From an uncultured Ignavibacteria bacterium (GTDB lineage Bacteria; Zixibacteria; MSB-5A5; CAIYYT01): 64,000 nt of DNA. Shown piece after piece: positions 1 to 9,436 of this stretch (position 1 is its first letter; each line of letters starts with the position of its first letter). The stretch is from contig CAZTYE010000002.1 of the NCBI GenBank assembly GCA_964617645.1, positions 374,648-438,647 of the forward strand, read 5' to 3'. Below the pieces are notes generated by a model, which made no database searches, was not told the DNA's origin, and saw nothing but the letters and a program-made list of their open reading frames with translations. The position numbers and the translations under genes were made by a program.

Positions 1-883
1 AGGTAATGTTGCCGATAATGATGAAGGCGACGATCACGACATGCGCCATCGTCTGCGGCCCCATCATTTGGAGTGCCGGAGTATCGATGTCCTTGAAGCG
101 TGGGTAGCGGTGAATCAGCTCGGCTTCATATTCCGCTGCGCCTTTAGTTCCACCCAAGAGCCCGACCAACTGCCGTGGGTAGTACGGGTACAGGAGCGGA
201 GTCGAAACGGCCGCCGCGCCGCCGCCGGTCGGCACGTTAGCGCGATCGCGGGCAAACAGCACCCATTCTTTGACACCGGGCTGGCCGCCGCCGATCGAAA
301 TCAGCAGATCCATGTCTTTGAGTGAGCGCACACCGGACATCATCGGAATCGAATCAAGCGACTTGCCGTTGATGTCGAAGGGGAACATCTTGCGAATGTC
401 AGTCACGATCACATTGAGCACGCCTTCATTACCGGCCTTATAGCCGAAGTTGATCCAGTCGACGCCGTACTGCGCGTCCGGAAATTCCGGCTTGAGGATT
501 TTCTCAATCGTCTCGCGCTGAAGCAGAGATTGACCGGTCGCCCAGAGCGAGAAGAAGTACACTTTATGACCTTTCGCCAGAGTGTGGCGCACGAAGGAAT
601 TGGCCATCGGCAGTACTTCCGGCGCCATTGCCGGATCGAAATCATAGGAGATGACGATCTTGGAACCGCTGGGGAGATCCTCAATTTTATCGAAGAGCGC
701 CTTGACAATCGGCGTCGCTTTCTCCCCGAACTTAAGTTGGAACAGCACCGCCAACGCCACCGTCAGGCCGATGAAGAGGAAGATGATCCGGCGGTCAACA
801 TCCTGCCCCCGCCATGAACGCAGAAAGACCCAAAATACGCCACCGCCGACAACGAAAGCTGAGACAATGAATCCAATGTTCAT
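1..883 (-). CDS. Cassette component C, second copy: protein with N- and C-terminal TM helices and a large periplasmic domain. Partial; the 3' end lies beyond the window start.
   Basis: Not in the ORF track because there is no stop in the window. Manual minus-strand translation from the ATG at 883..881 gives MNIGFIVSAFVVGGGVFWVF...LPSGSKIVISYDFDPAMAPEVLPMANSF...GVKEWVLFARDRANV...VVIVAFIIIGNIT. This aligns along its length with ORF 3434..4429 (LPPGSKVLMAYDYDPPSAPELQPMADAA...GTKEWVQIAVDRFNV...IVIWFIIVGNV). The start overlaps the stop of 880..1554 as ATGA. Confidence 0.6.
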   Translation of the reverse strand, partial: MNIGFIVSAFVVGGGVFWVFLRSWRGQDVDRRIIFLFIGLTVALAVLFQLKFGEKATPIVKALFDKIEDLPSGSKIVISYDFDPAMAPEVLPMANSFVRHTLAKGHKVYFFSLWATGQSLLQRETIEKILKPEFPDAQYGVDWINFGYKAGNEGVLNVIVTDIRKMFPFDINGKSLDSIPMMSGVRSLKDMDLLISIGGGQPGVKEWVLFARDRANVPTGGGAAAVSTPLLYPYYPRQLVGLLGGTKGAAEYEAELIHRYPRFKDIDTPALQMMGPQTMAHVVIVAFIIIGNIT

Positions 884-1554
884 TTATCCTGCCCCAGATA
901 ACTGCGTTCAATGCCCAAGAGCAGTCGCAAGCTCATCGATATCACGCCGAGCGCAATGCCGATCATGATTGCTCGCTGTCCGGCCAGATTGGGGGCGTTC
1001 ATAATCCAGATCGCCATATTGGGAATCTCCGCGAGCGACAGGCTCGGCGGCATCCAGGAGGTCATGATCATTCCGAGCGGCGTGCGTCCGAGCAGAATCA
1101 CGAAAGCCGCGATTAGCAGAATCGTTGCTTCAACGTTTTTGGCGCGAAACGCGCGATACGAGGCGGACGCGACGTAGAATGCCAGCAGTGAGTACATCGT
1201 CGCCTGCAGCGGCGAGATCATGTAGCGGAACAGCAGCTCGAAGTACGAGCCCGGCGCATCAACCGCGCCTTTGATGCCGATGGGATTGCCGATCTTAAAC
1301 AAGCCCACGGCCAGCACCGCGGCAAACCCGATCAATGTGACAACGGAGTATCCCCAATTCGGAGCCTGGCGGCCGATCTTGTCGGAGTGAACACGGATCA
1401 GATTCCCACCGCCAAGGAAGAATGCAAACACGGCGATGATGTCGAAGAACAAGGACGCTTCCTCGCCCCAACTCTCCAACGGCGGGATAAACACCGAGAA
1501 GATCAACACCCAGCCGACGACAATTGTGATTAGAAGCGGTATCTGTCTGCGCAT
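880..1554 (-). CDS. Cassette component B, second copy: polytopic integral membrane protein of unknown function.
   Basis: 224 aa, multiple hydrophobic helices. Clear paralog of 4431..5102; shared block LLAFYVASASYRAFRAKN / ILAFYVASASYRAFRARN and AGQRAIMIGIALGVISMSLRLLLGIERS / AGQRAIKIGIALGIVSTSLRIILGIERS. Confidence 0.6.
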   Translation of the reverse strand: MRRQIPLLITIVVGWVLIFSVFIPPLESWGEEASLFFDIIAVFAFFLGGGNLIRVHSDKIGRQAPNWGYSVVTLIGFAAVLAVGLFKIGNPIGIKGAVDAPGSYFELLFRYMISPLQATMYSLLAFYVASASYRAFRAKNVEATILLIAAFVILLGRTPLGMIMTSWMPPSLSLAEIPNMAIWIMNAPNLAGQRAIMIGIALGVISMSLRLLLGIERSYLGQDK

Positions 1555-1559
1555 AAACT

Positions 1560-2789
1560 CTAATTAATCGAGAAGATGCGGTGCATCCACTCTTCCAGCC
1601 GTTGCATTGAACCGATGTCCCAAGCTTGTCCAATCGTCGCCACCGTAGTGCCGACCAATATGGCAACCATGGCAATCGCTTTGCCCACGTCCTGCCCTTT
1701 GAGCGAACCCAACTGCTTCGGCTCTTCCGAGAGATAGGCCGATGCCGCGAATAGCTCTTCGCCGATCAGAGTGTAATCACAGGCTGCTACAAAGAACGGC
1801 AACTGCGCCGGCATCGCGGTGCCGGCGATCTGAATCGCTTCAATCGAGTTTCCGGTTTCCGCCAAGATCAGCGACTCGGCAAAAAACGCCCCTAAATAAA
1901 AGCAAGTAGCGGGTCTTTCGCGCACCATAATGCCGTTAGTCGCCGCGACAAAGCCGAACTGCTCGTCAGTGGTATAGTGCACCATGTCATCCGAGTAGCC
2001 ATCCGGCCGGCCAGCCGCCGCGTAGGCTTCCTTGATTATCTCACGCCCGGCCGTCATCACCAGTGACGCGCGACACGGCATATTGATCTTGGAATCGTAC
2101 TGCGCGATCGTACGCGCCACTCTGCTCAGCAGCGTCAAACCGGCCAATGTTTGGACATTATCCATATCTTGCGTGCCTGCGACGAACAACACCGGCCGCC
2201 CCATTTCGGTAGCGCGACCGACGGCCTCGTCAATCGCCTGCAATCCGGCAATCTGGCGCAGAAATAGTCTGCGGCCGCGTTTGGCGGTTTCGATGAACAG
2301 GATCACTGCGCCGCAGATGATCAGTCCGATGACGACCACCGACGTCTTGGATTTCTTGAACCACTGGCGGACAGATTGAACGGGCGCGCTCTCACCGGAG
2401 GCCAAGCGCCGATCGCCTAACACTGCGACAATCTGGTAAGTGAACGTTTCGCCGGTTTTGGCGTGGTCATCTTCAAAGTCGTAGGTCGCGCGGTCCACTC
2501 GGCCTACGGTATCGACAGCGCCGGTTGCCACGTTGCGCCGCAACACCTCGTAACTGGTAAACTCCGGCAGCTCGCCGTAGCCCGAGTCGACCCAGTTAAC
2601 CTGAATGTGATTTCCGTTGTCATCCGGAACGTCTTGTGCTGTAACGGTAATTGGCGGGAGATTCGCAATCACCGAATAGTCTTCAGCGACGGCAGATTGT
2701 GCCAGAAGCTTTGAGCAGTTTGCTGAAACGAGAAACCCAACTGCCAGAATGACAAGAACCGATATCGGCAGCCCGGGTCTCTTGATCAT
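1560..2789 (-). CDS. Cassette component A, second copy: signal/anchor, extracytoplasmic Fn3/Ig-like region, TM helix, roughly 230 aa conserved cytoplasmic domain, C-terminal TM. Function unknown.
   Basis: 409 aa; paralog of 5116..6348 (RRIAGLQAIDEAVGRATEMGRPV / RRIAGIEAVEEAIGRATEMGRKV; AFFAESLILAETGN identical; EELFAASAYL identical). 5-nt gap to the downstream gene. Confidence 0.6.
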   Translation of the reverse strand: MIKRPGLPISVLVILAVGFLVSANCSKLLAQSAVAEDYSVIANLPPITVTAQDVPDDNGNHIQVNWVDSGYGELPEFTSYEVLRRNVATGAVDTVGRVDRATYDFEDDHAKTGETFTYQIVAVLGDRRLASGESAPVQSVRQWFKKSKTSVVVIGLIICGAVILFIETAKRGRRLFLRQIAGLQAIDEAVGRATEMGRPVLFVAGTQDMDNVQTLAGLTLLSRVARTIAQYDSKINMPCRASLVMTAGREIIKEAYAAAGRPDGYSDDMVHYTTDEQFGFVAATNGIMVRERPATCFYLGAFFAESLILAETGNSIEAIQIAGTAMPAQLPFFVAACDYTLIGEELFAASAYLSEEPKQLGSLKGQDVGKAIAMVAILVGTTVATIGQAWDIGSMQRLEEWMHRIFSIN

Positions 2790-2794
2790 AAAAA

Positions 2795-3430
2795 TTATCG
2801 AATCAGTTTCAGCCAGTCGGTGAGCAGGAAATCGACGCGCCCGATCAGCAGCGACATACGGCTCATCACCGTATAGCCAAATGACGCGCCGAAAGTAATC
2901 ATCAGAATCCAGGTACCGAGTTTCGCGGCAAAGCCGAACGCGCCGCGATGTTCTTTAGAGAAGAAAAAGTAAATCAGCGCTGCGATGGTGCCAATCAGCA
3001 CCACCGACTGGCCAATGATCATCCCGACCGCGTCGAGCCCGATCATATTGCGCACCGAGGCATCCACCTGCGCGATCGCGTCGGTCACCAAATACACCAT
3101 GAGCTTGAGGCCGGCCGTCGCGCCGACGATAAATGCAATCGGCCATCGGGCAATCCAGCCGATCTTGTTGGACAGCCGCAGCAACATCATTACGCCCAGA
3201 ACTACACCCACCAGCAGCGTCAGATCACCTTCGTGGAAAATTCCGACGTACGCTTTGCGGTAAATATTATCCCAGAAATAAGTGATGAACCAGTAACCGG
3301 CGGAAATGCCGACAAATACCGCTTCAGCGATCTTGTACAGATAGTTGTCTTTATATAAGAAAGAGAAAATCCCCAGCGTCAATAGCGCGCCGATCCAAAT
3401 GCCGAGGGTTTGCATCGTCAGATGTTCCAT
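2795..3430 (-). CDS. Cassette component D: polytopic integral membrane protein of unknown function.
   Basis: 211 aa, about 6 hydrophobic segments. 3-nt gap to upstream C and 5-nt gap to downstream A', so it is embedded in the operon. Confidence 0.5.
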   Translation of the reverse strand: MEHLTMQTLGIWIGALLTLGIFSFLYKDNYLYKIAEAVFVGISAGYWFITYFWDNIYRKAYVGIFHEGDLTLLVGVVLGVMMLLRLSNKIGWIARWPIAFIVGATAGLKLMVYLVTDAIAQVDASVRNMIGLDAVGMIIGQSVVLIGTIAALIYFFFSKEHRGAFGFAAKLGTWILMITFGASFGYTVMSRMSLLIGRVDFLLTDWLKLIR

Positions 3431-3433
3431 CGC

Positions 3434-4429
3434 CTAACCCTTCCGCTCCTGGCGCCCAAGGAAGAATGCGACGTTGCCGACGATGATAAACCAGATGACG
3501 ATCGCATGCGAGAAAAGCTGCGACAGCAGCGCCACCGTTGCCCGTCCCGTCTCGTTGGTCGCGTTCTCGAATTCGGCGGCGCCGGTCATACCACCCACCA
3601 AACCATAGAGCTGCCCGGCATTGAGATAGGCATACATTTCCGGAGCTTGCACCGCCGTATTACCGGCCCCGACTTTGACATTAAATCGATCGACCGCGAT
3701 CTGCACCCACTCCTTGGTGCCGGGATATCCGGAAGACCAATTGGCGACGAAATCCACGTTGGAAAAATTCTCGACGCCGTTAAGCAGCGGGATTTGCTCA
3801 TAAGGGGTGTTGTTGACATCGCGGGGAAACATCGAGCGGAAACTTGAACCCATGCTCTGAATAACGAACTCGTTCCCCGACTGGAATCCGAGATTCACGT
3901 AGTCTACACCGTACTTGAGATTTTTGGCAGCGACTTCCGGCTCGGCCAGCGCGCGCGCGAGGGACAGATTCGCCTGCTGCGGACCCTGCGGCCAGAGTCC
4001 CATGACGATCACCTTCAGATCGTTCTTGAATGCAAACGCCATCGCCGCGTCCGCCATCGGCTGAAGTTCCGGCGCGGAGGGCGGGTCATAATCGTAGGCC
4101 ATCAATACCTTTGACCCCGGCGGCAGCGAATCAAGCGCATTGTAGAGACCGGCCACCTCTGGCGAGACTTTCGTTTCAAGGGAGATGCTCATGAAGTAAG
4201 GCAGCACCAACCCCACGGCGACAAACACGAACACCCAACGACGCTCGACAAACGTGCCGCGAATTGTGAGCATCAGCACACCCAAGACCGCCAGCGCCAA
4301 TAGGGCGATGACGATGTAGGACACCGTGGGCGAGAACTCGAGCGGCTGCGGATCGGACATGAAAGTGCGAATCGCCGCAATCAGGCAGATGAGGACCATG
4401 ATGATGTTAAACAGATGCTTCTTCATCAT
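3434..4429 (-). CDS. Cassette component C, first copy: bitopic protein (N- and C-terminal TM) with a periplasmic domain.
   Basis: 331 aa. N-terminal TM (IIMVLICLIAAI), second TM (IVIALLALAVLGVLML), C-terminal TM (AIVIWFIIVGNVAFFL). Paralog of the partial CDS at 1..883. Confidence 0.6.
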   Translation of the reverse strand: MMKKHLFNIIMVLICLIAAIRTFMSDPQPLEFSPTVSYIVIALLALAVLGVLMLTIRGTFVERRWVFVFVAVGLVLPYFMSISLETKVSPEVAGLYNALDSLPPGSKVLMAYDYDPPSAPELQPMADAAMAFAFKNDLKVIVMGLWPQGPQQANLSLARALAEPEVAAKNLKYGVDYVNLGFQSGNEFVIQSMGSSFRSMFPRDVNNTPYEQIPLLNGVENFSNVDFVANWSSGYPGTKEWVQIAVDRFNVKVGAGNTAVQAPEMYAYLNAGQLYGLVGGMTGAAEFENATNETGRATVALLSQLFSHAIVIWFIIVGNVAFFLGRQERKG

Positions 4430-4430
4430 C

Positions 4431-5102
4431 CTATCCCTCGAGATGCGACCTTTCGATGCCGAGAATGATGCGCAGCGATGTCGACACGATACCGAGCGCG
4501 ATTCCGATCTTGATGGCGCGCTGTCCGGCGGTGTGCGGGAAGTTCATAATCCAACTCGCCCAGTCGGAAGACTGAAAGCCTTGCGGCATCCACGAAGTGA
4601 GCATATCTCCAAGCGGCACGCGGCCCAGCATCACCAAGAAACCGGCGATTAGCAGTAGCGTGGCCTGCAAGTTGCGCGCCCGGAACGCGCGATACGACGC
4701 GGACGCCACATAGAACGCCAGAATCGCGAACATTGTCGCCGACAACGGTGTGTAAACGAAAGTATATAGCCAGTCGAAATGCGTGCCCGGATCGCGGAAC
4801 GATGTCGGCGGTTCGTTTTGCAGACCATTGTAGCCGTCAATGAACCCGACGATAACCATCAAAAGGAAGCACACCACGACGACAATCGCCAACTGCCACT
4901 CGTGAGACTTCCGCGAAATCTTGGTGAACGACATCTTCATCAGGTTGAGCGCGCCCAACCAGATCGCGAACGACGCGACTATCGTAAACCACTCGTTGTA
5001 GTAGCCCTCGAGTTCACTGAACGGAGTATGCGGAATGAAGTACGAAAGGACGAAAACCAGACCAACAACGAGGGTGATAATGATTGGGACTTCGCGCCGC
5101 AT
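4431..5102 (-). CDS. Cassette component B, first copy: polytopic membrane protein.
   Basis: 223 aa; paralog of 880..1554. 1-nt gap to the C gene. Confidence 0.6.
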   Translation of the reverse strand: MRREVPIIITLVVGLVFVLSYFIPHTPFSELEGYYNEWFTIVASFAIWLGALNLMKMSFTKISRKSHEWQLAIVVVVCFLLMVIVGFIDGYNGLQNEPPTSFRDPGTHFDWLYTFVYTPLSATMFAILAFYVASASYRAFRARNLQATLLLIAGFLVMLGRVPLGDMLTSWMPQGFQSSDWASWIMNFPHTAGQRAIKIGIALGIVSTSLRIILGIERSHLEG

Positions 5103-5115
5103 TCTCTATCGCTTC

Positions 5116-6348
5116 CTACTGAACCTGAACAATTTTTAGGATCTCATGCCAGCCAAATCCAACAGCCACGATCATGGCCAATATTATGTAGATCAGAAAC
5201 GCAGCTTTGGCGAAGTCCTGCCCTTTGAGCGAACCGAGCAATTTCGGCTCGCGCGCCAGATACGCCGACGCCGCGAAGAGTTCCTCGCCAATCAACGTGT
5301 AGTCGCAAGACGCCACAAAGAACGGCAATTGCGACGGCTGACCGGTACCGGCGATTTGAATCGCGCCGGCGGCATTGCCGGTTTCGGCGAGAATCAGCGA
5401 TTCGGCAAAGAAGGCGCCCATGTAAAACATCGTCGCAGGCTTGTCGCGCACGACCATGCCGTCGATGGCGGCGGCATAACCGAATTGGTCGTCGGTGACA
5501 TAGTGCACTTGATCTTCGCGGAAGGCATCCGGTCGGCCGGCCTTCTGGTAGGCCTCGCGAACAGCCTCCCGTCCGGTCACCATTACCAGCGACTTGCAGA
5601 CCGGCACATCGAGCATCGTGTCGTTCTCAGCGGCGATTTTCGCGACGCGACCAAGAATCGTAATTGCGGCGATTGTCTGCACATCGTCCATATCCTGAAT
5701 GCCAGGAATGAACATCACCTTGCGACCCATTTCGGTCGCGCGTCCGATGGCTTCTTCAACCGCCTCGATGCCGGCGATCCTGCGAACGTATAGCTCCTTG
5801 CCCGACTTGGCAATCTGGATGTAGATCAGAATTGCGCCGCAGATGATCAGTGTCCACAGGAAGATCCAAATTCGATTGAGATTAAACCACTGCGCGCTCG
5901 GCGCCACCGGACCAACAACCACTGATGCCGCAGCCGAGCTTAAGGCGCCGTCGGCTTTGTCCGGTGCGAATACCGCAACCACCTTATAGAAATAACTCTG
6001 TCCATCAACTAAATCGCCGTTCGTGAAACTATTCTGCCCCTGGGTCGTCTCCCCGATCACTGTGAAATCGCTATCGGCGGAATTGGCGCGCATGACCTGA
6101 TACTTGGTCACAGCGGATACGTCGTCCGGCGACAAGTCCCAGCGAATCTCCAAGCTCGTCCCATTGTCGTAGGGAGTGTCTTTAACGATAACATTCGCCG
6201 GCGGCGCCGGAACGGGAATAGTCGGAATCGCCGTTGTGACTGCTGTTGTGTCGTTGGCTGGTGGGGTATCTACTTGACCAAAAACGGAAAGATAATGAAC
6301 GAGGACGATGGCAAAGCTCAGGCTGATCAGCGATTTCAAGCCGCGCAC
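5116..6348 (-). CDS. Cassette component A, first copy: signal peptide, Fn3/Ig-like domain, TM, conserved cytoplasmic domain, C-terminal TM.
   Basis: 410 aa. N-terminal hydrophobic leader, Thr/Pro-rich linker, beta-rich segment (YQVMRANSADSDFTVIGETT...YFYKVVAV), TM (IWIFLWTLIICGAILIYI), then the domain shared with 1560..2789. Confidence 0.6.
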   Translation of the reverse strand: MRGLKSLISLSFAIVLVHYLSVFGQVDTPPANDTTAVTTAIPTIPVPAPPANVIVKDTPYDNGTSLEIRWDLSPDDVSAVTKYQVMRANSADSDFTVIGETTQGQNSFTNGDLVDGQSYFYKVVAVFAPDKADGALSSAAASVVVGPVAPSAQWFNLNRIWIFLWTLIICGAILIYIQIAKSGKELYVRRIAGIEAVEEAIGRATEMGRKVMFIPGIQDMDDVQTIAAITILGRVAKIAAENDTMLDVPVCKSLVMVTGREAVREAYQKAGRPDAFREDQVHYVTDDQFGYAAAIDGMVVRDKPATMFYMGAFFAESLILAETGNAAGAIQIAGTGQPSQLPFFVASCDYTLIGEELFAASAYLAREPKLLGSLKGQDFAKAAFLIYIILAMIVAVGFGWHEILKIVQVQ

Positions 6349-6475
6349 ATTCCTCCCAAAGTCCTCCGTCGCGAAGGGCTGATTCGTTGAGCAAACCGTG
6401 TCAATAATTAAGACGAGACAGCGTTCGGTTTGTCCAACGAAAATCGCGCCGGGAATTCAATACCGAATTGCGCGC

Positions 6476-6504
6476 AACTTAGGGCGACCCGCAGTGAGTG
6501 TCAA
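6476..6504 (-). promoter_or_regulatory. Candidate sigma-70-type promoter for the cassette operon.
   Basis: On the minus strand: TTGACA (6504..6499), 17-nt spacer, TAAGTT (6481..6476), about 125 nt upstream of the start at 6348. Confidence 0.25.
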
Positions 6505-6664
6505 GCCTAAAATCGGGAACGACTGCTCAAGCAGCGTGGCGTCTGCTCCCGTTGAATGGAGCGCTGCCGGGCGGTTAACCCGGAAGCGCTGGATTTGAGA
6601 CGTTTTGGACTAAGAGATTCGTCTCCCAATTGACACATCGAGCGCAAAAAGCGAAACAACGCCG

Positions 6665-9418
6665 CTACTTGAGCAGTACCATCTTGCGCGACGATTCGAA
6701 GGACCCAGCACGCATTCGAACAAAGTATACGCCCGAACTGATCTCGCGGCCATCGACACCCCGGCCATCCCAACTTAGGGTATAGATACCCGGAGGTCGG
6801 GGCGAGTCAGCAAGCGTTGTGACTAATTCACCCAGGCTGTTGTGAATTGTCACCGCTACATCTGCATTGTGCGGTACCTCAAAAGTGACCGCCGTTGATA
6901 GGTTGAACGGGTTCGGATAGTTCTGTCGCAGTTCAAAGTCCGTCGGCAGCGATTGCTGCGCCAGAGTACCTTTCGCCGGATCATGCACTGGCATCGTATC
7001 AGAGTAACAGCAGACATCCATGCGCCCGCTCGTCGTCGATACGGGCGCCGAAGGTCGCCCGGTGCGATCCCAAGGATCGACCGAGAACATCGTCACTACC
7101 ACCGGTTCGAACAAGTACTTGGCACAGAATCTTATAGAGTAACCCGTCAACTCCCGAAACCAGAACGTCTCGTTGTGCGAAGGATAATAGATGCGCGCAT
7201 CATATGTCAGATCGAAGTTGTTCTGGTTGAGGGGATATTGCCAGCTCAGATTCAGAACCTGCGTTGGATCGCTCCCGGATAGTTCCGGGGCGATTGCAAC
7301 ATTTCGCGGCGGATTCGGGCCGTTAACGAATGAAGCCTCCGGTGAATACTGCGGCATCCATTGGGTTTCAATGTAAGGATATACCTTATAGTAGATCCGT
7401 TCCGTTCCCGTGAGCGCTGCCAAGGCATCGTCTGTCCATGTGATGATATTTGGGCCGACAGTATCGACAATCGCGTAGATGCCATTGAGCCCTACTTTCC
7501 TTATAATAACGGTGCCCTGCTCGTTCGGATTCTTGTCGTCCCAGTTGAGCACGCAGTTGTCGGCAGCATAGTTAGGCGTAACCGTCAGCGAGGCGGGATT
7601 GTCCAACTCAACTTCACCAGCTACCGCATAGCTAAAAACAACCTCTTCGGCCCGGCATGGGTAATGGTTATCGCCACCGTCGATGTGGTAGACGTAACTC
7701 ACTAATTCGCACCCGGTCTCTGTAACGCTGCCCTCGACAACTCCTGTCCAGTACAATTCGTAGTTTGGATTTGTGGGAGCCGCGCCTGTCGATCCGGCGT
7801 GCCGTCCCCAAACAAGCGGCGGATCATAGTAGCGGCGGGGGAACGTGATTTGTTTTCGTACCTCGACACGGTCCACCCGACGGTAGACGTTCGAGATAAT
7901 GAAGCGCCACGTTTGATCCTCAATGCCGCCTATCGCCGTACCGTTGGCAGCCGTGTAGAAATCAACGGCATTGGGAAAAGTAATCGCTTTCATTGCTGCT
8001 CCCACATCGATGATTCCGTGGCCGGTGTAGATGTCGTATCCAATTGATGCCTCAGCATCAATCGTCGGAGTCACATCCGTCGCCGTCAATTTCAGCAGGT
8101 TTTCCACGTCTCTCATTTGAAGCGATTGATTGAGAGAATACAATAGAGCAGCCGAACCGGAGACCATCGGCGCGGAGCAGGAAGTACCGGAAAAATAACC
8201 AGATGTCGATTCGTCCCAAAGGGCTCGGTGAGACGTTCCGGGAGCAACCGCGTCGATGTGGAAACCAACGGCCGACTCCCAATTGTAGTTTAACGATCTA
8301 CGAACCCGCTGTCCTAGCCCGTCCGTGGCACCAACGGCGAAAACTATGTCCTTGTATCCAGCCGGGTACTGGGTGTCAAGCGGATCGCCTTCCTCGCAAC
8401 CGTCGATGTCGGTATTCCCCATTGCAGCGACGAACAACACGTCATTGATATAAGCCTCCCACACGGCCTCGATGAAACTGTGATTCAGGCCAAAGATGTC
8501 GCAGAAACCGTTACTGTAATTGACAACTCTTACATTGGATCCAATTAGATTGTACAGCGAACCAATGTCCTCCCACGAATGGTGATCAGTCTTATAAAGC
8601 CAGAGGCGACAACCTTTGTTGCCAGTTCCGCCAATCGGATCATAGGACCAACCCCCGGCTATACCGGCAGAAAGGCCGCTAAAATTCGGATTGGGCAGGT
8701 GATAGTTGTTGGTCAACCCAGCGGCAATACCAGCGACAGAAGTGCCGTGGTTTCGGCTTGGTTCACCGGCTGGCGGTTGAATGGGACTGGCATTGACGTA
8801 TTGAACCTTTCCGTATGGCCCCGCATCGCCGAAGTCGTCATTCTGAATATAGAAGCCATTATCCAGAACGGCGATGGCCACATTCGGATCGCCGGTCTCG
8901 ATCGACCAAGCGACTTCCGCGCCAATGCCATAGTAATTTGAACTCCTGAACCCCCAATTGAAACCGCTCACGTAGTCATAGTCATTTGGGGCTATGTTTG
9001 GCTTCGTAATGAAGCCCGGTGTGAATGAGACAACTTTCGACACGGTGTCGAGCGCGGCGCGCACGTCGGTTGAACCGCGCGCGGTCGGCCATTTCGCGAT
9101 CACCATATTGGCCATCGTGATTGGCGGCAATCCCAAAATGTCGCGAACAGTAAGCTGTTTGTCGCGATAGTCGGGTATCGGTCGGTCGCCAAGTCTCCGA
9201 ATGCTGTCGATGCCGGCGCTGATTAGCGCGGCCCGCAGCGACTCATCCATGTGATCGACTTGGAGAATACCCGTGAAGGAAACGGGGACGCCTTCTATCA
9301 GGCGTGCGTCTTCAACGGCAATGATTCCGATGCCCGGCACCTCCTGTGCGAATACAACCGAGCAAAGAAGAAGATAGATGCCCCCAATACTGAGCAATAC
9401 GATCTTGAGTGATTGCAT
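6665..9418 (-). CDS. Subtilisin-like serine peptidase (S8 family) with T9SS C-terminal sorting domain.
   Basis: 917 aa. Signal peptide; catalytic triad motifs AVLDNGF (Asp), HGTSVAGIAAG (His), GTSCSAPMVSGSAALL (Ser); C-terminus LRQNYPNPFNLSTAVTFEV...VYFVRMRAGSFESSRKMVLLK matches the Por/T9SS secretion tail. Confidence 0.8.
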   Translation of the reverse strand: MQSLKIVLLSIGGIYLLLCSVVFAQEVPGIGIIAVEDARLIEGVPVSFTGILQVDHMDESLRAALISAGIDSIRRLGDRPIPDYRDKQLTVRDILGLPPITMANMVIAKWPTARGSTDVRAALDTVSKVVSFTPGFITKPNIAPNDYDYVSGFNWGFRSSNYYGIGAEVAWSIETGDPNVAIAVLDNGFYIQNDDFGDAGPYGKVQYVNASPIQPPAGEPSRNHGTSVAGIAAGLTNNYHLPNPNFSGLSAGIAGGWSYDPIGGTGNKGCRLWLYKTDHHSWEDIGSLYNLIGSNVRVVNYSNGFCDIFGLNHSFIEAVWEAYINDVLFVAAMGNTDIDGCEEGDPLDTQYPAGYKDIVFAVGATDGLGQRVRRSLNYNWESAVGFHIDAVAPGTSHRALWDESTSGYFSGTSCSAPMVSGSAALLYSLNQSLQMRDVENLLKLTATDVTPTIDAEASIGYDIYTGHGIIDVGAAMKAITFPNAVDFYTAANGTAIGGIEDQTWRFIISNVYRRVDRVEVRKQITFPRRYYDPPLVWGRHAGSTGAAPTNPNYELYWTGVVEGSVTETGCELVSYVYHIDGGDNHYPCRAEEVVFSYAVAGEVELDNPASLTVTPNYAADNCVLNWDDKNPNEQGTVIIRKVGLNGIYAIVDTVGPNIITWTDDALAALTGTERIYYKVYPYIETQWMPQYSPEASFVNGPNPPRNVAIAPELSGSDPTQVLNLSWQYPLNQNNFDLTYDARIYYPSHNETFWFRELTGYSIRFCAKYLFEPVVVTMFSVDPWDRTGRPSAPVSTTSGRMDVCCYSDTMPVHDPAKGTLAQQSLPTDFELRQNYPNPFNLSTAVTFEVPHNADVAVTIHNSLGELVTTLADSPRPPGIYTLSWDGRGVDGREISSGVYFVRMRAGSFESSRKMVLLK

Positions 9419-9436
9419 TATTCCCCCGAAACTAAC

